DNA of 64,000 nt from Callorhinchus milii (GCF_018977255.1 NW_024704743.1:46564001-46628000); one strand, 5' to 3'; numbered from the stretch's first letter, positions 13,353-27,970 are shown. Translations and numbers: made by a program. Notes: a model not told the origin generated them from the letters alone.

Positions 13353-13489
13353 GTAATTTATAATTTTAAAAAATGGCTTGTTGTATTGATTCTCAATACA
13401 GTAGATTATGATGGGTGTGATGTCACCACAATTAACATGATGTCAGGCCTGTTCCCTCTTCACAGGAATCGAGACTGAATATAATTAGA

Positions 13490-13715
13490 ACAATCATTGC
13501 ATTTGATATAATATCTTATCACATCAAAACATCTCAAAACTCTTCATAGTTTTTCTGTAAAGTGTAGTGACTGTGCATTTGAAGGCAAATATGACAGCCA
13601 ATTTGCACACAAACAGCCATGAAATAAAGTGACCAATTTTTTAATTTGGGGATTGTTGGCCAGGACCTCGGAAGAAACTTGATTCTCTCTTTTTGACTAT
13701 GCCATGGAATTTTGG
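13490..13715 (-). mobile_element. DeuSINE fragment
   Basis: ttgcatttgatata tail, acagccaatttgcacac core and ttgttggccagga, as in other copies. Confidence 0.7.
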
Positions 13716-16134
13716 ATACAATGGGACCACCCTGCTGTTATTATTTCAAAGAACGTGAATACTTTTTCCATGTTATTCTGGTTTATATCCCCTCCTAATC
13801 CAAATTAATTTCCAAATTCAAATTAATGTGATGTTCATCTCATTGATGTTTATGTGATGTTGCTGGTGTAGATTAGCTGCCGCCTTTTGCTTATATGACA
13901 ACATTCACTTAATTTCTCATCAGTTATATGTTGCAAAGCACTTTGGGATCTTTAATTTTAAGTGAAAGGCACTGCATGAATGCAACTTCTTGTTATTGAT
14001 GCTGAATAGGACAGAGCTTGTAAAAGATCTTCATGTTTTTGTGGTATTTAAGTCTATTCTGTTTTTCCCTTCCTCTGCAAGACTCCAAAGCTCAGATGTC
14101 TAGCTGCAATGTTTTGTACTCCACATTTCTGAACCTTAGGAAGTCCAGAAATTTATGTGGGTGGGGGAGGGCTCAATTGGAACCAACTGAGCAACTGTCC
14201 AGCGCCTTGGGACTTCCTCCCGACGTGAAAGGCGCTCTATAAATGGAATCTTGTTGTTGTTGTTGTTGAGCAGATACGCTGATATGAATTGCACATCAGA
14301 AGTAAACAGTCATTTCCCTTTATAGCAATTCTTTACAAAACACTTTGAGATGTTTCAAAGAAATAGGCACTATATCAAATTATAATGTTTGTGTCATGAT
14401 TGGAGGGCAGGTAGTTAATACAACAACAACAAATTACACTTGTTTAGTGCCGTTCACGTTGGAAAGATGTCCAATAAATACCAATTCATGCAAATAGCAA
14501 CACACAGTTAGTACAGCAGCTGTTATAACTAATTCTTTAATTTAAGAAACATAAGTAATTTTACACTAAAGGGGTGAGGTGCTGCTACCTGCTGCCAGAT
14601 GTCACTATTCCACTTTGTTAATATATAATAAAACAGTGCTCATAGTTTCCACCAGTGCCATCTTGTGGTTGAAAGTCTGTGTTGGATAGAAGAAAATAAG
14701 GCAAAGTAATTGACAGCTGAACAAGGAGACATTAAATCCAGGTGTTCGTGCAACTGAACAGAAATATTATATGAATGACTTTCAATTTAATAAGTGAGGA
14801 GCATATCTCAAATGCACACTGCATAGATCTATGATACAATAGCTCCAGGGATGTATAAAACATCAGATCATTAATTATATTGTCCAAATAAGACATTTCT
14901 GACTTTGATTATTTTTAATGGTTTGGTGCATAAATGATGGCATATAGCTTGAAGCTCAGACTGCACCGCTTTTCAGTAATTATATTTGGAAGTACAAGAA
15001 TTCTGTCTATGGAAATAAAATAGACATATTGAGAAGGCATAATAGGTAGCTATGAGATATGCTTACAGTATGTGAGTAGACTGACCTGATAGCTCTTTAC
15101 TCATCAGTAATGGGTGGCTATAGATCGTATCTAGTCGATTCCTCCTCTTTACGTTATTTGCACATCACAAAGGTGAGGAGAATTAAAAGTTCTGTGTAAG
15201 AGAGATGTACATTTCAGGAACTTAGGTGACAGTGACCTGCTTTTTTTTCAAAAACAAAAGGGAGGAATTGATTATCTGCCCTGTAACACATCTGCTGGTT
15301 TCGCATTTCCTTAGTTGCAAAAAATACTCGAATGAGGGGTTAAATCCCATATTTGCAGCAATGAATGTTTGTAAAATCCAGCCCTGATTGAAATTGAATG
15401 TGAACCAGCTGTCCTCTGTCTATCAGCACAATTCATTCTGCTCTACATAAGAATAATCACCCATAAAACCAGCCAAAAGAATACATTTTTGAAAAGGCCC
15501 CTTTCAGCATCTTAAAAATAATTACTCATACAAAAAAAATCCTTTCAAGTGTGTGGGTAATGTGAGCTGGATGATCAGGATTCCAGCTAATTCTCTCTGA
15601 AGAGATCTGGAAGTGGCACTGATGTGGAACCAGCAGCTGACATCTGTGTGCCCAAATGTGGAAATTCATTTCCACTGGAGTTGCTGTCTGCACTGATTCT
15701 GGGCCATAGTGTCTATCAGCAAAACATAGCAGAGCAGCATGTGTTGCTGGCTTGAGTTTCTCGTACTGCAGATGTGATGTGATGGGTCTTGTGATCACAG
15801 TCTATGCTGACAGTCCAGTGCAATGCTCAGGGAGTGTTGCAATATCAGAATACCTTTCTTCAGGTGAGCCGATAACTGTCTGCTTGTTGTTTGGGTGGAT
15901 GTTAAAGATGCACAAAAAAGACTTGAGTTTACCTACAGAAACATTCACTATGCTTGACAGTAATTACCCGCTTTGAAATGTTTTGACGTGATAAAAATGC
16001 AAGCAAGATCTTTCTTCTCAATGCTGAAACCACATCTTCCATTATATCTAGGGTTTGTGGTTTTCAAGTTTTATATTTTTATTTTCAGCAAGTAATATGA
16101 ACATTTATAAAATGACTAAAAATGAAAAAAAAGT

Positions 16135-16310
16135 GGTCACTTAATCCACGACTGTTTGTGGGACACTGCTGTGCACAATTGGCTGATGCGTTTTGCCCAC
16201 AAAACATACAGCCAATTCAATTTACAGTTTATGTTGTGTAGCATTTTGAAACGTCTTGAAAACATGACAAGGCACTATATCAAATGCAAGGATTATTCTA
16301 TATTATTATA
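16135..16310 (+). mobile_element. SINE 3' half (Deu core plus L2-like tail)
   Basis: cgactgtttgtgggacactgctgtgcacaattggctg...ggcactatatcaaatgcaaggattatt. Confidence 0.85.
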
Positions 16311-17659
16311 TAACTTCTGGAATGTAAGGTCACCATGGATGACACTTCCTGCTTGCTGAACATGTTCACCATGCACAGCATCCTTTACATAATTTCCTGT
16401 GCACCTAACATCAATTCCTGTGCACTGTGCTGAGTTCGAGCAGGTGCAGCATGCAGGAAATGATAGCCGTGGTGATCTTACAACCTAGCAGTCATCATTT
16501 TTGCAATTCAAAACAATATATTTTAAACTGTTTAGCGATGGGAATTCATTTTCCTCCATTTGGAGAAAATTAGAAAACCCACCGAATACTAATTTTTACC
16601 AATTACAATCGGAAAATTGCAAGCCTAACTATAACAACTCAAACACCTCAAAACTGCAGTGTGATTGTAATACTCAAACAGTGGGAAAAAGCTGGAAGAG
16701 ACTCATTATGGTTTGAACAAGTGAGTTTGTATTACTACAAAACACAGCCAAATAGTATACAAGTACTCAGGGTTCACTGAGAAAGGATGGCACCTCAGAT
16801 AAATGCAGTCCCATTCCTGTTTCCAGTTTAGATTGTGAGTTCCAGGTCCTGATGTGGAGCTTGAACCCACAACCATCTGACTTGGAAGCAAGTGTGGTAC
16901 CAGCTGAGCCATATGTCTGCTACGCATGGAAATTGTCCTCATTCTTCCTCTATATTTTTGGTATTTAAGTGTTTATCTAATTCCCTTTACATGATACAAT
17001 TATACAATAATTTCCTAAAATAATCTCTCCATCAAACTTTAGAAAAAATGACAGAACCAAAATGATTGTTGAACCTGAAAATGTATTCTGGAAGATGGGA
17101 GGAATGGGCAAAATCTCAGCATAGCTAATTTTCTACTGGGCCGACATGCTAAAAATACACTTTCAAAACATTCGCATTTTAGTTCTCGGATGTTTTGTGA
17201 AATTTCCCCCAGGAGCCTTACAAGTCAGATGAATAAAAACCTACATTTGTGGAATCAAACACAGATCCCTAATGCCTCCTGCATTTTAATGGCTCCTACG
17301 AAAATGAATGTGGGCATCAAAACAGGAAGATTGCAGTCTCTGCAGAATTAACTGCAAATGTGATTCTATCCATTCAGATGATTGCCTGTTCTCTTCACTT
17401 TGCAGTATTAGTTCACTGCAATTCACTACTGAGCGTGTCTGTTTCAAAGAGAGTGCTGCATGTCTGCATTAAGACCACCCTCAAGCTATTCCAGGTGTCT
17501 TTTTTATTGAACAGATGGGCTTCAAAATGTGGTTCTACATTTTGAAGGCATGCATAGGCTTTAAAATCCAATTCTGCTCTCCAGTTGCTCAACATGCTTG
17601 CTTTGTGCCATACTGCTAGAGTTGGAATTGAGTGGTATCTTTTATTATTATATTATTAC

Positions 17660-18072
17660 AGAATAATAATCCTTACAGCCGATACAGCATCTTATCGTAT
17701 TGTCGAGAAGACTCGAAAACTTCACAAGATTTTACTGTGAAGCACAGTGACTGAGTATTTTGTAGACAGGTGTGACAGCCAATTTCCAGACAAACAACCA
17801 TGAAGTTAACGACCCATTTTATTCGGGGGATTGTTGGCCAGGACACTGGGAGAAACTCACTTCTCTACGGATAGCGCAATGGGATCTTTAATGTTAGCCT
17901 AAACAGGCATCTTGATTTAACATCTCATCTAGAGGTTAGCACCCCCAAAAATGCAGTGACCCTCAACACTATATTGAGGCGTCAGCCGAGACGTCTGAGC
18001 TCAAAGTCCTGACATGGTTCTACGACCTTCTGACTCCGAGGTGGGAATGCAACCAACCGAGGCAGGCTGACA
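17660..18072 (-). mobile_element. Older DeuSINE
   Basis: Colinear with 11845-12262. Confidence 0.75.
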
Positions 18073-18924
18073 CACACTGAAAAATGTTCCGTGTTCAACT
18101 CTGTATCCCCAGCTGACAATGAAACACCCCAGACCACCCAGAAACTGCCTCCAGGGAAGAATGGTGAATAATGGGGCAGGGTAGGAGCAGGGCAGAGTCA
18201 TAGCAATCACTGGGCTAGGCCCCAACCCTCCAGGCTGATCAGTGAAAGTTGCTTTGTTGGCCTAGAAGAGTGTGGATTTTGGCCCTCCAAGACAAACCAA
18301 CCCTGGGAAATCAATATTAAACACACAAACAGACCGGGTCGACTCTGAGCAATGGCTTTCCAAACCACTTCCAACTCTCTGGGCAAAACATAGGAACAGG
18401 AAAATGAGTTTCATCTTGTAACTATCAAATTGAATGCTAAAAAAAGGGGACCAGTTGCAGACCTTCTGTACATTTTGCCAACTCTCCTATTAATAACAAA
18501 CCAACTTTCTGGGTGAAGGAGGAATTTTCAACGCTTGGGTGCCAATTTGTGTGTGACCACACAAGTGCAGTGCACCACAGGGCCTCTTCCACAAAAATGG
18601 GTGGATCTGTATTTCTTTTTAGTTTGAATGCATTAGTGAACTGTTCTATCTTTACTCTGTTCTTCTTGACTTAAATGTGGTTGGAATGGTCACATGGAGT
18701 GTGAATCAGTGTAAAGCTTCATTTCCCTTCTTTGCACAAAAAAGCACCATCAAACCAAATTCAATTTGTTAACAGCAGCAACTTTGACAGATATGTAAAC
18801 TTCACGAGATCACAAAGTTGGCTCATCCCATCTCATCCATCCACAACAACCACCCTACCGTCCCATCACTGCATCAAGTTGCTTTTTAAATGAGAAATTG
18901 CCCTTTACGATCCAAAACCCACAT

Positions 18925-19243
18925 CAACAACAACAATAACAAAATTACATTTATAGAGCGCCTTTCACATCGGGAGGACGTCCCAAAGTGCTGAACAGTC
19001 AGGTGTCGGGGCCCGAGGATGGAGGAAGGGTGGTGTAGGGGTGAGGGAAGGCAGAGAGGTGGGAAGGAGACCAACGGCACGGTCGAAGAGAAGGGTCTTG
19101 AGACCGGGCTTGAAGGAGGTAAGGGAGGAAGCGTGGCAGAGGGACCGTGGGATGGAGTTCAGAGTGTCGGGGCAAAGAGGCTGAAAGCCCGGCCTCCGAT
19201 GGTAGGGAGGGTCGGGTGAGAGACATGGAGCAGGCCGTAGCCT
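18925..19243 (-). mobile_element. L2 LINE 3' fragment
   Basis: (CAA)n tail; close reverse-complement match to 60180-60491. Confidence 0.9.
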
Positions 19244-19644
19244 GATGTGCATCCTCTTGATGTATCCTAAAGTATCGATCTGGGTTTACTTTTTTAATCC
19301 CATTTCAAATATTATACACCTCTATGAGGTCCCCTCTGAGTCATCTTGCTTGATTTAGATTTTTTAAAATCTAGACAGATAATATTGATGTTTATTTTAT
19401 CTTGATTTTGTTCAGATTTATAGCAAGTTTGTCCATTTCAAAACGGGTTTATAAAATAGTGTGGATGTTGTGGTTAATGGGCACAGATCAATGTTTCTAA
19501 TGTCACATCCTGTGTAGCATGGCACGCATGCCCAGGATAGAGTAAGTGACATCCACGGGGACAAACAAAATCCCCTGATCTTTAATAGTGGGTATCCTTC
19601 TATAATAATATTAAAATTATATATCTATAATTCCATTTGGTATA

Positions 19645-20017
19645 GGAGATTCCTGTAGCTCAGGGGTTAGAGCACTCGCCTCACTAGCAAAGGACCTGGG
19701 TTCAATTCCCAGGCAGGGCGAAACGTTGGGCAAGGTACCTTACTCCGCATGCCTCCGTATACCTAGCAGTAAGTAGGAACCCGGGCATTAGTCGATTGAC
19801 GGATCCGGGGGTAATAATCGCTTTAAAAANTAATAATAATTTGATCACTCAGTCAGTCCACGACTGTTTGTGGGACACAGCTGCGCATAATTGGCTGCCG
19901 CGTTTCACTCACAAAATGTACAGTCAGTTCACTTTACAGCATATTCTGTGAAGCGTTTTGAGACGTCTCAAATACACAATGAGGCACTACATCAAATGTA
20001 AGGATTTTTTATTATTA
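19645..20017 (+). mobile_element. tRNA-derived Deu SINE, long variant
   Basis: tagctcagggg A box, ggttcaattcc B box, an extra ~55-nt segment, Deu core and tail. Confidence 0.85.
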
Positions 20018-20464
20018 TCCTATCATGTCAGAAGGATATCTCAAAGCCTGCACAGGAATTACTGTGAAATGGGGTGACATCAGGCAAATACAACAGCATA
20101 ATTGCACACAGCAATGTCCCACAAACAGCCATGAAACAAATTTTATTTTGGGGGATTGTTGGCTAGGAAAGTGGGAGAAACTCCCTTCTTCCTTGATTTG
20201 GAGAAAATAAAAAAAAGAACCATACTAAGTTTTATTAACTTAAATCAGAACTGATAAGCCTTTCAGTAGAATGAATGTCGTAAAGTGCAAGGAGCAAGGA
20301 AAGAATTTGGGGTTCATTTAATATTATTGATGACTAACAAGTGGTCAAAAGAGATATGTTTTAAAGGTGGGAGAAAAGGTGGCACATATTGCCCGCCACG
20401 TTTGCCTACAAAACACACAATCACTACACTTTGCAGTATACCCTGTGAAGTGCCTTGAGATGTT

Positions 20465-21140
20465 AACAACAACAAATTATATTCGTGTAGCACCCTTCAC
20501 ATTGGGAGGACATCCCAAGGTACTGTACAGTCAGGGATTTGAAGCCGAACTGGGGATTGGGATCAGGAAGGGTGGTGGACAGTGAGGGTAGGGGTAGGAG
20601 CGTGGCCAAAGGCGCAGTCAAAAACGAGGGTCTTGAGACAGGCTTTGAAGGGAGAAAGCATAGACTCCGTCTATGGGATGGAATTCCAAAGGGTGGGGGC
20701 TGAAGGGGACATGGAGCAGGTCAGAGTCTGGTGAGTGGATGGAGCAGGCAGGTCCATATGAAGTTAGAAGGGCACAGAGATAGAGAGGAAGCAAAGCCAT
20801 GGAGGGCTTTGAAGGCAAGGATGAGAACTTTGAACTGTATCCTATGTGGATAGGGAGCCGGTACAGCTGGGCGAGGATGGGGATGATAAGTTCATGGAGC
20901 TTGGTGCGGGAAAAGACATGAGCTGCAGAGTTCTGAATGATCTACAGAGGGAAGAGTTGGGAAAGTCAACAAGTTTGTGTGGAGTCTGTACGTGATGAAT
21001 GTGTGGGTGAGGGTCTCGGTGGCCTGAGGGGAGAGGCAGTGGCGGAGCCGGGTGATGTTGCGGAGGTGGAGGAAAGCAGAGCGGGTCATGACATGGATGT
21101 GGGGTAGAAAGGACTGTTGAGGGTCAAACAAGATGCCAAG
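20465..21140 (-). mobile_element. L2 LINE fragment
   Basis: ORF LGILFDPQQSFLPHI...SAFLHLRNITRLRHCLSPQATETLTHTFIT; caacaacaaa tail. Confidence 0.88.
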
Positions 21141-24131
21141 TTTCTGTCTTTCTGTTTCTTCAGTTTTCTTCAATCTTTTTATTATCCACTATTGTAAGGA
21201 GATGGTTGGTTGAGTCAGAGGCACCTGTTGATACTTCCCTACAGGATTCTAAAAATGCACATTATCTGTAGCCAGCTGTCATTGAGCAAGGAGGAAGAAG
21301 CCCTGTGTAATGTATGCCCGGAGGGATTTTGCTATGGTAAGGACATCTGAGGCAATTTACTAGGATGCAAAGATCTGCGACCTCCACACTGCTTTGCTCT
21401 TATCTCCAATTACCCATCTTTAAAGTGACAATTTAATGTGACAGGCAATTTCAGCTGATTTCTTTCCACATAATAGAACTGGTAACAGGAACAACAGAGA
21501 ACGCAAAAGGTTTGTACAATTCTCACAAGGAACAGAACTGGAGTTGTGGGGTGGTGGTGGGGGGATTAAGATGGGGGTGTGTGGAATTTCCTCTCAGTGA
21601 TCCCATCCTTCACCGATAGGATCGGTAAAGCTTGGATTTGTCTCTCTCTGATGTTGCACTCTGTAACCCTGGCACTTATTCACTCCTTATACTTGAGGCA
21701 CTCCAAAGAATAATTGTGAAGCAAACAGCAACAAAGTCTTTGTTACCACCATTCCCCCTGTAACCTATTAATGCTTTCTTGTTAGATATACAATAGCTGC
21801 CCCTTCCAGACTATATTATCTTAGTGAATAACAAGGTATTGAACACATCCAGTCTGACCAGCAGTTGGTCTCATTTTATCATTTTGGAAGAGAACAGTGT
21901 ATCACTCATTGGCTTGTGTACAGTTTTATGGTGAATGGGAACCATAGGATATTCGCACAGAATGATTTCTTATCCATCCCAGTGATTGTCATTCATGATG
22001 GAATGCCCCAGCTTTCAAGAACACCTACATAACACAGCCATTCTTAACTCTTGAGTTTGAGGAGTGTGTAAAAAATAATTCTCTCATCCCACCTTTGGAG
22101 GCAGAGCACATACTTTCTCTTTAAATTGTCGTAATGTTTCAAACTCAGTAATGGGGGTGGGGGGGAGCACCTGGAAGATGTGTGCCAAACCAAGAGTGAT
22201 CTGTTTTATTTGTGCCCCATCTCTTCACATAACTGTAGCTTCTGATGTATTAACATTGTGTAAGTGATGCAGGGAGCAACATGGCTTCACACTGAGAGTT
22301 CTCTTTCAGGATGAGCCAACAATTCAGTCATAAGGTGCAGAATATAGAGTGAAGCACGCATTAAACAGAGTGGAGCAACCTTCAAGTACCGCCATCAAAT
22401 AATATTTCATCTCTTTGGAGATGCCAAGCTTAAAGGGCAGTAAATTGGCAGATGTAGAAAGGCTGGTTTAATAATCTCTGTAATTCCTCTGGTGGGCTGC
22501 TTTTCTCTAGTTAAAATAGAATAGTCGTTTGAAAGTTTAGCCCATGAAGTTGCTCTATACTGTAATTGGGAAGATGACTGATTCCTCGATACGGAGAGAT
22601 TAGCCTGACAGACGGGTGTGCAGACGTAGCCTCTGATAATCCCCTTTTAATGGCTTTCAGAAACTGAACTTATTTATCACCTGATGAAAAACATCCTGCG
22701 CAGGATTGCAGGTGTTAGCCGATACTCTGCAAAATCATGCAGGCTTTCGAGGGGACAGTGTCCTTTGGGGCCAGTGTTCAAAGCCCAATGTCATTGCCGC
22801 CTACCGTTCCCTCTGCGGTCTCTGTCTGTTCTTTTGTTCACATTCTCCTGATGGTCAGATCTGACTGCTTTATAATCTGAATCCAGTGATCTAGATTGTA
22901 TAACTTCATCTTGCAAGTAAAGAGCTGAACTTTGAATACTCATCCCAAATGATGACATTGCTTGAGAGCCTATTCTGGGCTGTTGACATCATAAACATTG
23001 ATTCCTTCATGTTTTCTATTTCTTATTTAAGCAACACAACAGCAGTAGGGGCTTCACTCTTCTGGTTTGTGTCTTGATTAACCGAGGGTCCATTTTACTT
23101 TGACCCCGACACAAACCATCCTATTTTGTAAATTGTAGGCCCTGCATTGAGTTCTATGTCTTTTTGTGTTTGATAATGTTTTCCTGGGGTTCATCTGTCT
23201 TAAAGCCCTGAAATCTGCACTCCCTGAAGCCCAAACCAAGTTCTTTCATTTCACTATAATATTCATGGTGTAAAAACCAAGATCCCCCATCAATTTGCTC
23301 CCTCCATGTTTTCTCAACAATGTGCCTTGGCTTCTACAATGGTTTGCAACAACAGCAACTTGCATTTATGTAGCACCCTTCATGAAGGAGGATAATGTCT
23401 CGGAGTGCTTCAAGCGCAGTGGTTAAAGAAAACAACTGGACATTTACACCAGATAAGTAGCCAGGGAGCTATTGGGGACCTGAATTGACCTCTAAGACCC
23501 TGAGTTAAAAATAAGACAAGATTCCTGCTTCTTGTTGTTATTCAGAAATGCCTGTTGAATGGTGGTTGCCCACGGACATCGGATGAGGTGGGATTGACTT
23601 GGCTGTGGTGCCTGCCCCTTGTGGTTGAACAACTTGCCAAAATTCACTGTCAAGACTCCCATATGAATTATTACCACATGGGTGAAATCTAGAAGGCTGG
23701 CATAGAACCTGACCCAAGTTAATGGAGTCAACACTTTCAGGAGATGAGGAATGGGAATTGGAAGGAAAAAAATGCCACTTCTTAGACATAGTAAGAGAAT
23801 ATCTGTCTAATTTTAACAGACTCAGAAATATGAGAAACTAATGTAGCGGAAATTTCTACAGAATTATGCTGTATTTATGTCTGAATTCAGTCAGGTTAGT
23901 TTCATCCAAAGTAAATTGATAGTCATTGGCAGCAGGTTTCCATATATGTTTCCCAAAACACACATCAACATGATAAAGTAAGGCGAAGCATTAAAGGAAA
24001 TAAAAATATCAAAAAGTCATTACTCAATGCCCTGCCCATGTATGCTTGGTTGGTATATGTTTTATGCAGACATCCCATTGAGCATACATATTTCTTAGAG
24101 TCATTTAGTTGTGTTACGTTGTCAAATATGT

Positions 24132-24440
24132 GGAGTCCTGTAGCTCAGTGGTTAGAGCACTCGCTTTGTAAGCGAGACACCTGGGTTCAATTCCAGGCAG
24201 GGCGAAACCTTGGGCAAGTTTCCTTACTCCACACGCCTGATAATAATCCCTCCAAAAAAAAAATAATAATTGGTCATTTTCAGTCCACGACTGTTTGTGG
24301 GATACTGCTGTGCGCAATTGGCTGCCGGGTTTCACCCACAAATATACGGTCAATTCACTTTACAGTCTATTCTGTGAAGCGCTTTGAGACGTCGAGAAGA
24401 CGTGATAAGGCACTATATCAAATGCAAGGATTATTATTAT
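24132..24440 (+). mobile_element. tRNA-derived Deu SINE, full length
   Basis: Pol III A box tagctcagtgg (24141-24151), B box ggttcaattcc (24184-24194), Deu-like core gctgtgcgcaattggctgcc, L2-like 3' end, (ATT)n tail. Confidence 0.92.
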
Positions 24441-24904
24441 AAAATAGATTTTTTTCTCCACTGCTTTCAAAGATTTCCTACTCATTGGGAGCCTTTTCAC
24501 AGCTGTTTGAGGGAGATACTAATCCAATCTTGGAAATGGTCTGCACTTTGCAGTCAGGGACATTGAGGAATTTTCTCCACAGAATTACCACCACCAGCGT
24601 TCAGCCAAATGGTAGTAATTTAACGTTGATGGTTTGTAGTCGGGGGTCTGAGATGCCAGAAAGAAGTGGCATTTTTTCTCACCTGTTACAAGATTACAGC
24701 ATTTTGTTTCTCTCTTCACAGTTTAGAGGCATACTCTGGCAAAACTTAATCCGCTGACATGGAATAGATAGCAGGCCATTCACTTTGTAATGTTATTGTT
24801 GAAAATGGGTCATCGTGTCGCATGGTTCTTGTTCAGCTAAAGCCACCAAAAGTAGGGCTTTGGATTGCAGAATTCCAGAATTCCTGAATTTTGTTTGGAA
24901 AGTA

Positions 24905-25240
24905 TAATCATCTTTGCATTTGTTATAGTGCATATATTGTCAAAATGTCTCAAGACATTTAATAAGTAATTGCTGTCAAGTGTAGTGACTGTGTTATTGT
25001 CTGCCACGTGGCAGCCAATTTGAACAAATTAATTCATGACGTGAATGACCAATTTGTGTCTGGGGATTGAATTTTTAACTTACATCTAAAACAGCAGACA
25101 GAACACTTCTCATCTGAAGGACAGTGTCTCTAACAACGCATCACTTCCCCAGTACTGCATGAAACGCCAGTGTAGGTCGTGATCTTGAGCTCAAGTTGGA
25201 TGTGCAGCTTTGAACACACAACTAACTGAGCCAAACTAAA
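24905..25240 (-). mobile_element. Older DeuSINE, degenerate
   Basis: ttgcatttgttatag tail, gcagccaattt core, ctcatctgaaggacag, aactgagccaa head. Confidence 0.65.
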
Positions 25241-25739
25241 CTTGTACAACTCTCTGCATGTATTCCTGTGCACGCAAGAGCAGGTTACCGCGGAAATATC
25301 CTCCAGTTTCCATTCAAGCCTTGCTTTATGTTATAATATTGAGGTATACTTATTGTGATGGATATAAACTATTATTATAGTTGATAATTATCACATCTCA
25401 GAAAAGCACCTCATCGATGTCTAGCTTCAAGTGTAACACTTTCCCTCCTCCCCTTGACTTTATCACAGTGCCCAAAACTGTCTGTGGCATTGGACTTCAC
25501 AGCCAACACACACAAAAAAAGAGTTAAGCTATTATCCTGCAAAACAGCTCTCCAATCCAATGCTTGGCAGGTGTGAGGACTGGGTCACTGAAAGGGGTGG
25601 AAGAATTTCCCTGAGTTGAGACTTGGATGTGCAGAGTGGTGGGATGGGTTGACTGCTGCTGAAACTAGTCTTGGCCATCCCAAATATGGGCAGGGCTCTG
25701 CCATGTTGCTGGAGAACTTGTTCTGCCAGAGTCCCCTGC

Positions 25740-26000
25740 AATGTAATGTCCCACAAACAAAGTAGTGAGTGACCAATTTTATCAGGGAATCGGATTGTTG
25801 GCCAGGGAGAAACTTCCTACTCTTCGAATAGTGCCATGGGATCTTTAATGTCCACTTGATCAGGTTGATGGGACCTCTAACATTCCCTAGCACTGTATTG
25901 GAGTATCAGCTTAGATTGTTCGAAATCTCAATGTGGGGCTTGGACCCACAACTTTCTGACTCAGAGGCAAGAGATCTACTAACTGAGCCAACCTGACACT
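25740..26000 (-). mobile_element. Older DeuSINE
   Basis: gaatagtgccatgggatctttaatgtccac...ttctgactcagaggcaagag...aactgagccaacctgaca. Confidence 0.8.
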
Positions 26001-26769
26001 TCCAGTACTAACTAGAGTACGAACATGCAGCACTAACAAGAGCATGGACAGGATGATACATGGGCTGTCTGTAATACAACAACCCTGAATCCTTTTTTAA
26101 AGTGACTAAGTCTGAGAGTGAGACTTCAGGAATGTAACCAACACTCCAGTTCCAAGGCATTGAGATACGTTGAGTTTGTGCTATGGGAAACATTCTGAAA
26201 TCCCCTTGTTAATTGTGGTTGAGTTTACTAACAATGTACTGTATGTAGATTTGTGTGTGTACGAGCTTAAAGAGTTTCCTCCAGAGATAAACAGGAAACC
26301 TGTAGCCATGGTAAAAGTATCAACAGCAGAGTTAAAAGTATGCAGTTGAGCATTATTCTGCTATCTAGGCCAACCAGGATGACAGAGTGAAGGACAGAGA
26401 TGTCTCACTTGAATAATATCATCTGTTGTCCGCTTTGGGAAGTGCCTGTGTGTGAATTCCATGCTCCAGTTAGTTTTCTTCTGTTTTCATAAACTGCTTG
26501 GCATGACTGCTTCTAGTTTATGTATTTTTTTTATCCAGCCCTTAAAGCCTCATTGTCTCTTAGCCACAAACATTCCCTTGAGAAATAGTAACAATCGGGG
26601 TCTATTATGTGCCAGTTCAAAAAAAAGATTGTTTCTGATGTGTTTGTAACATGTATTTCCTTCTGATTTTCTCATTCAAAACACGCCAAAACCATCTCTA
26701 GTTTTCACATTCACTGCATGATAGACCCTCAATGAAAGCCCCTCCATTGACTCAGGAACTAAGTGTACA

Positions 26770-27190
26770 AACTCGGATGCTACTGAGCCACACTCCTGGA
26801 AGGTCTTGGGTTTGATTCGCTGTTCTTTGCTGAATTGGGTGATACAGACAGTGTAAGAGTTATAAGGGTTCGCTTACAAAACACATAGTCACTGCGTTTT
26901 ATTGTGAAACACATTGAAACATTTCGATGATGTGATAAGGTGCTATGTCAAATGCTAGGATTTATTATTATTATTTATTACTATACACTGTAGGGCAAAG
27001 TAGGAAGAAAATCAGCCAGTGTTCCTGTTCTTGATCACTACCCAATGACCCCTTCTATAAAGTACAAGCACACCAATGTTGGATGAGAACTGGATCTGGT
27101 GTGAATGTGATGTCTCCCCATTCAAATGGTCTGCTGACACTTTGCCGGCTACGAAGGCTCATGTGTTCAAATGACCACCTGGGAGAAAGA
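26770..27190 (+). repeat. Ancient SINE-like repeat interrupted by a younger SINE tail (26870-26980)
   Basis: Shares motifs (tgacccct.ct; gctca..tgtg..aatg.ccacc.gg) with 37730-37925 (+) and 41240-41420 (-). Confidence 0.5.
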
Positions 27191-27634
27191 GCGAGGGATG
27201 CCATGGAGTCATATTTCAGCACAAATCAATCTCTTCAGGAGAGGAGGGATAAACAAAATGCATCACAATCAATGGAGCTCACATTTGTCACTTAAGTTTT
27301 GTTCTGAAGGTTTTTTTCCATTGAGACTGAGATTTGTGATAGTCGTTCCTTAATAGTGGAGCTGTGTAATAATGCTACTGGATCAATATCCATCAGATTT
27401 ATAGAGAAAGAAACATATGAGAATTTGGAAGTTCAGAGTAGAATAGGAGTTTTGTAAATATTAACGTTTCACTCTGACCTTTGAAATCCGTCTGTAGAGG
27501 CAGCGTAGCTTATTTCTGATTCAGTATTCGGGATACTTCAGATCCGTTTCTGAACTATTCTGAGATTGCTGATGTGAGGATTACCTTATTATTCACTCTA
27601 CAGGGCAGACACAAAGCACCCGTAGCAACATAGA

Positions 27635-27970
27635 TGTCAGCTTGGCTTGGTTGACAGCACTCTTACCTCTGGGTCAGAAGCTTGTGCTTTTTAAGCCCTC
27701 TGTTGTGACTTGAGCTCACATCGTGTCACACTGGGGGTAAAGATGGTGGGGAGTGGGGGGGTTTCTGCATTGTCAGAGGTCCAGTCTTTTAGATTGGACG
27801 TTAAGTCAAGGTCCCATGTGCCTGTTCAGGTGGAGGTTAAAGATCTGGTGGCACTAATTGAAAAGAGAAGGGAGTTTTTTCCAGTGTCCTGGATAACAGC
27901 ACTCCAGATAAGTTAGTCATTTACTTCATCACTAATTGTGGGACCTGTTTTGTGCAAATTGATTGCTGAG
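27635..27970 (+). mobile_element. Older DeuSINE
   Basis: tgtcagcttggcttggttgacagcactcttacctctgggtcagaag head; gcctgttcaggtgga..aaagatc..gtggcacta; tgtgggacc..tgtgcaaattgattgc core. Confidence 0.8.

Noticed and set aside
24132..24205. tRNA gene (A and B boxes, Ala/Thr-like anticodon arm)
   Set aside because: It continues directly into a SINE body and tail, lacks a proper acceptor stem, and the anticodon differs between copies (TGT here, TGC in 55140-55455). It is a SINE head.
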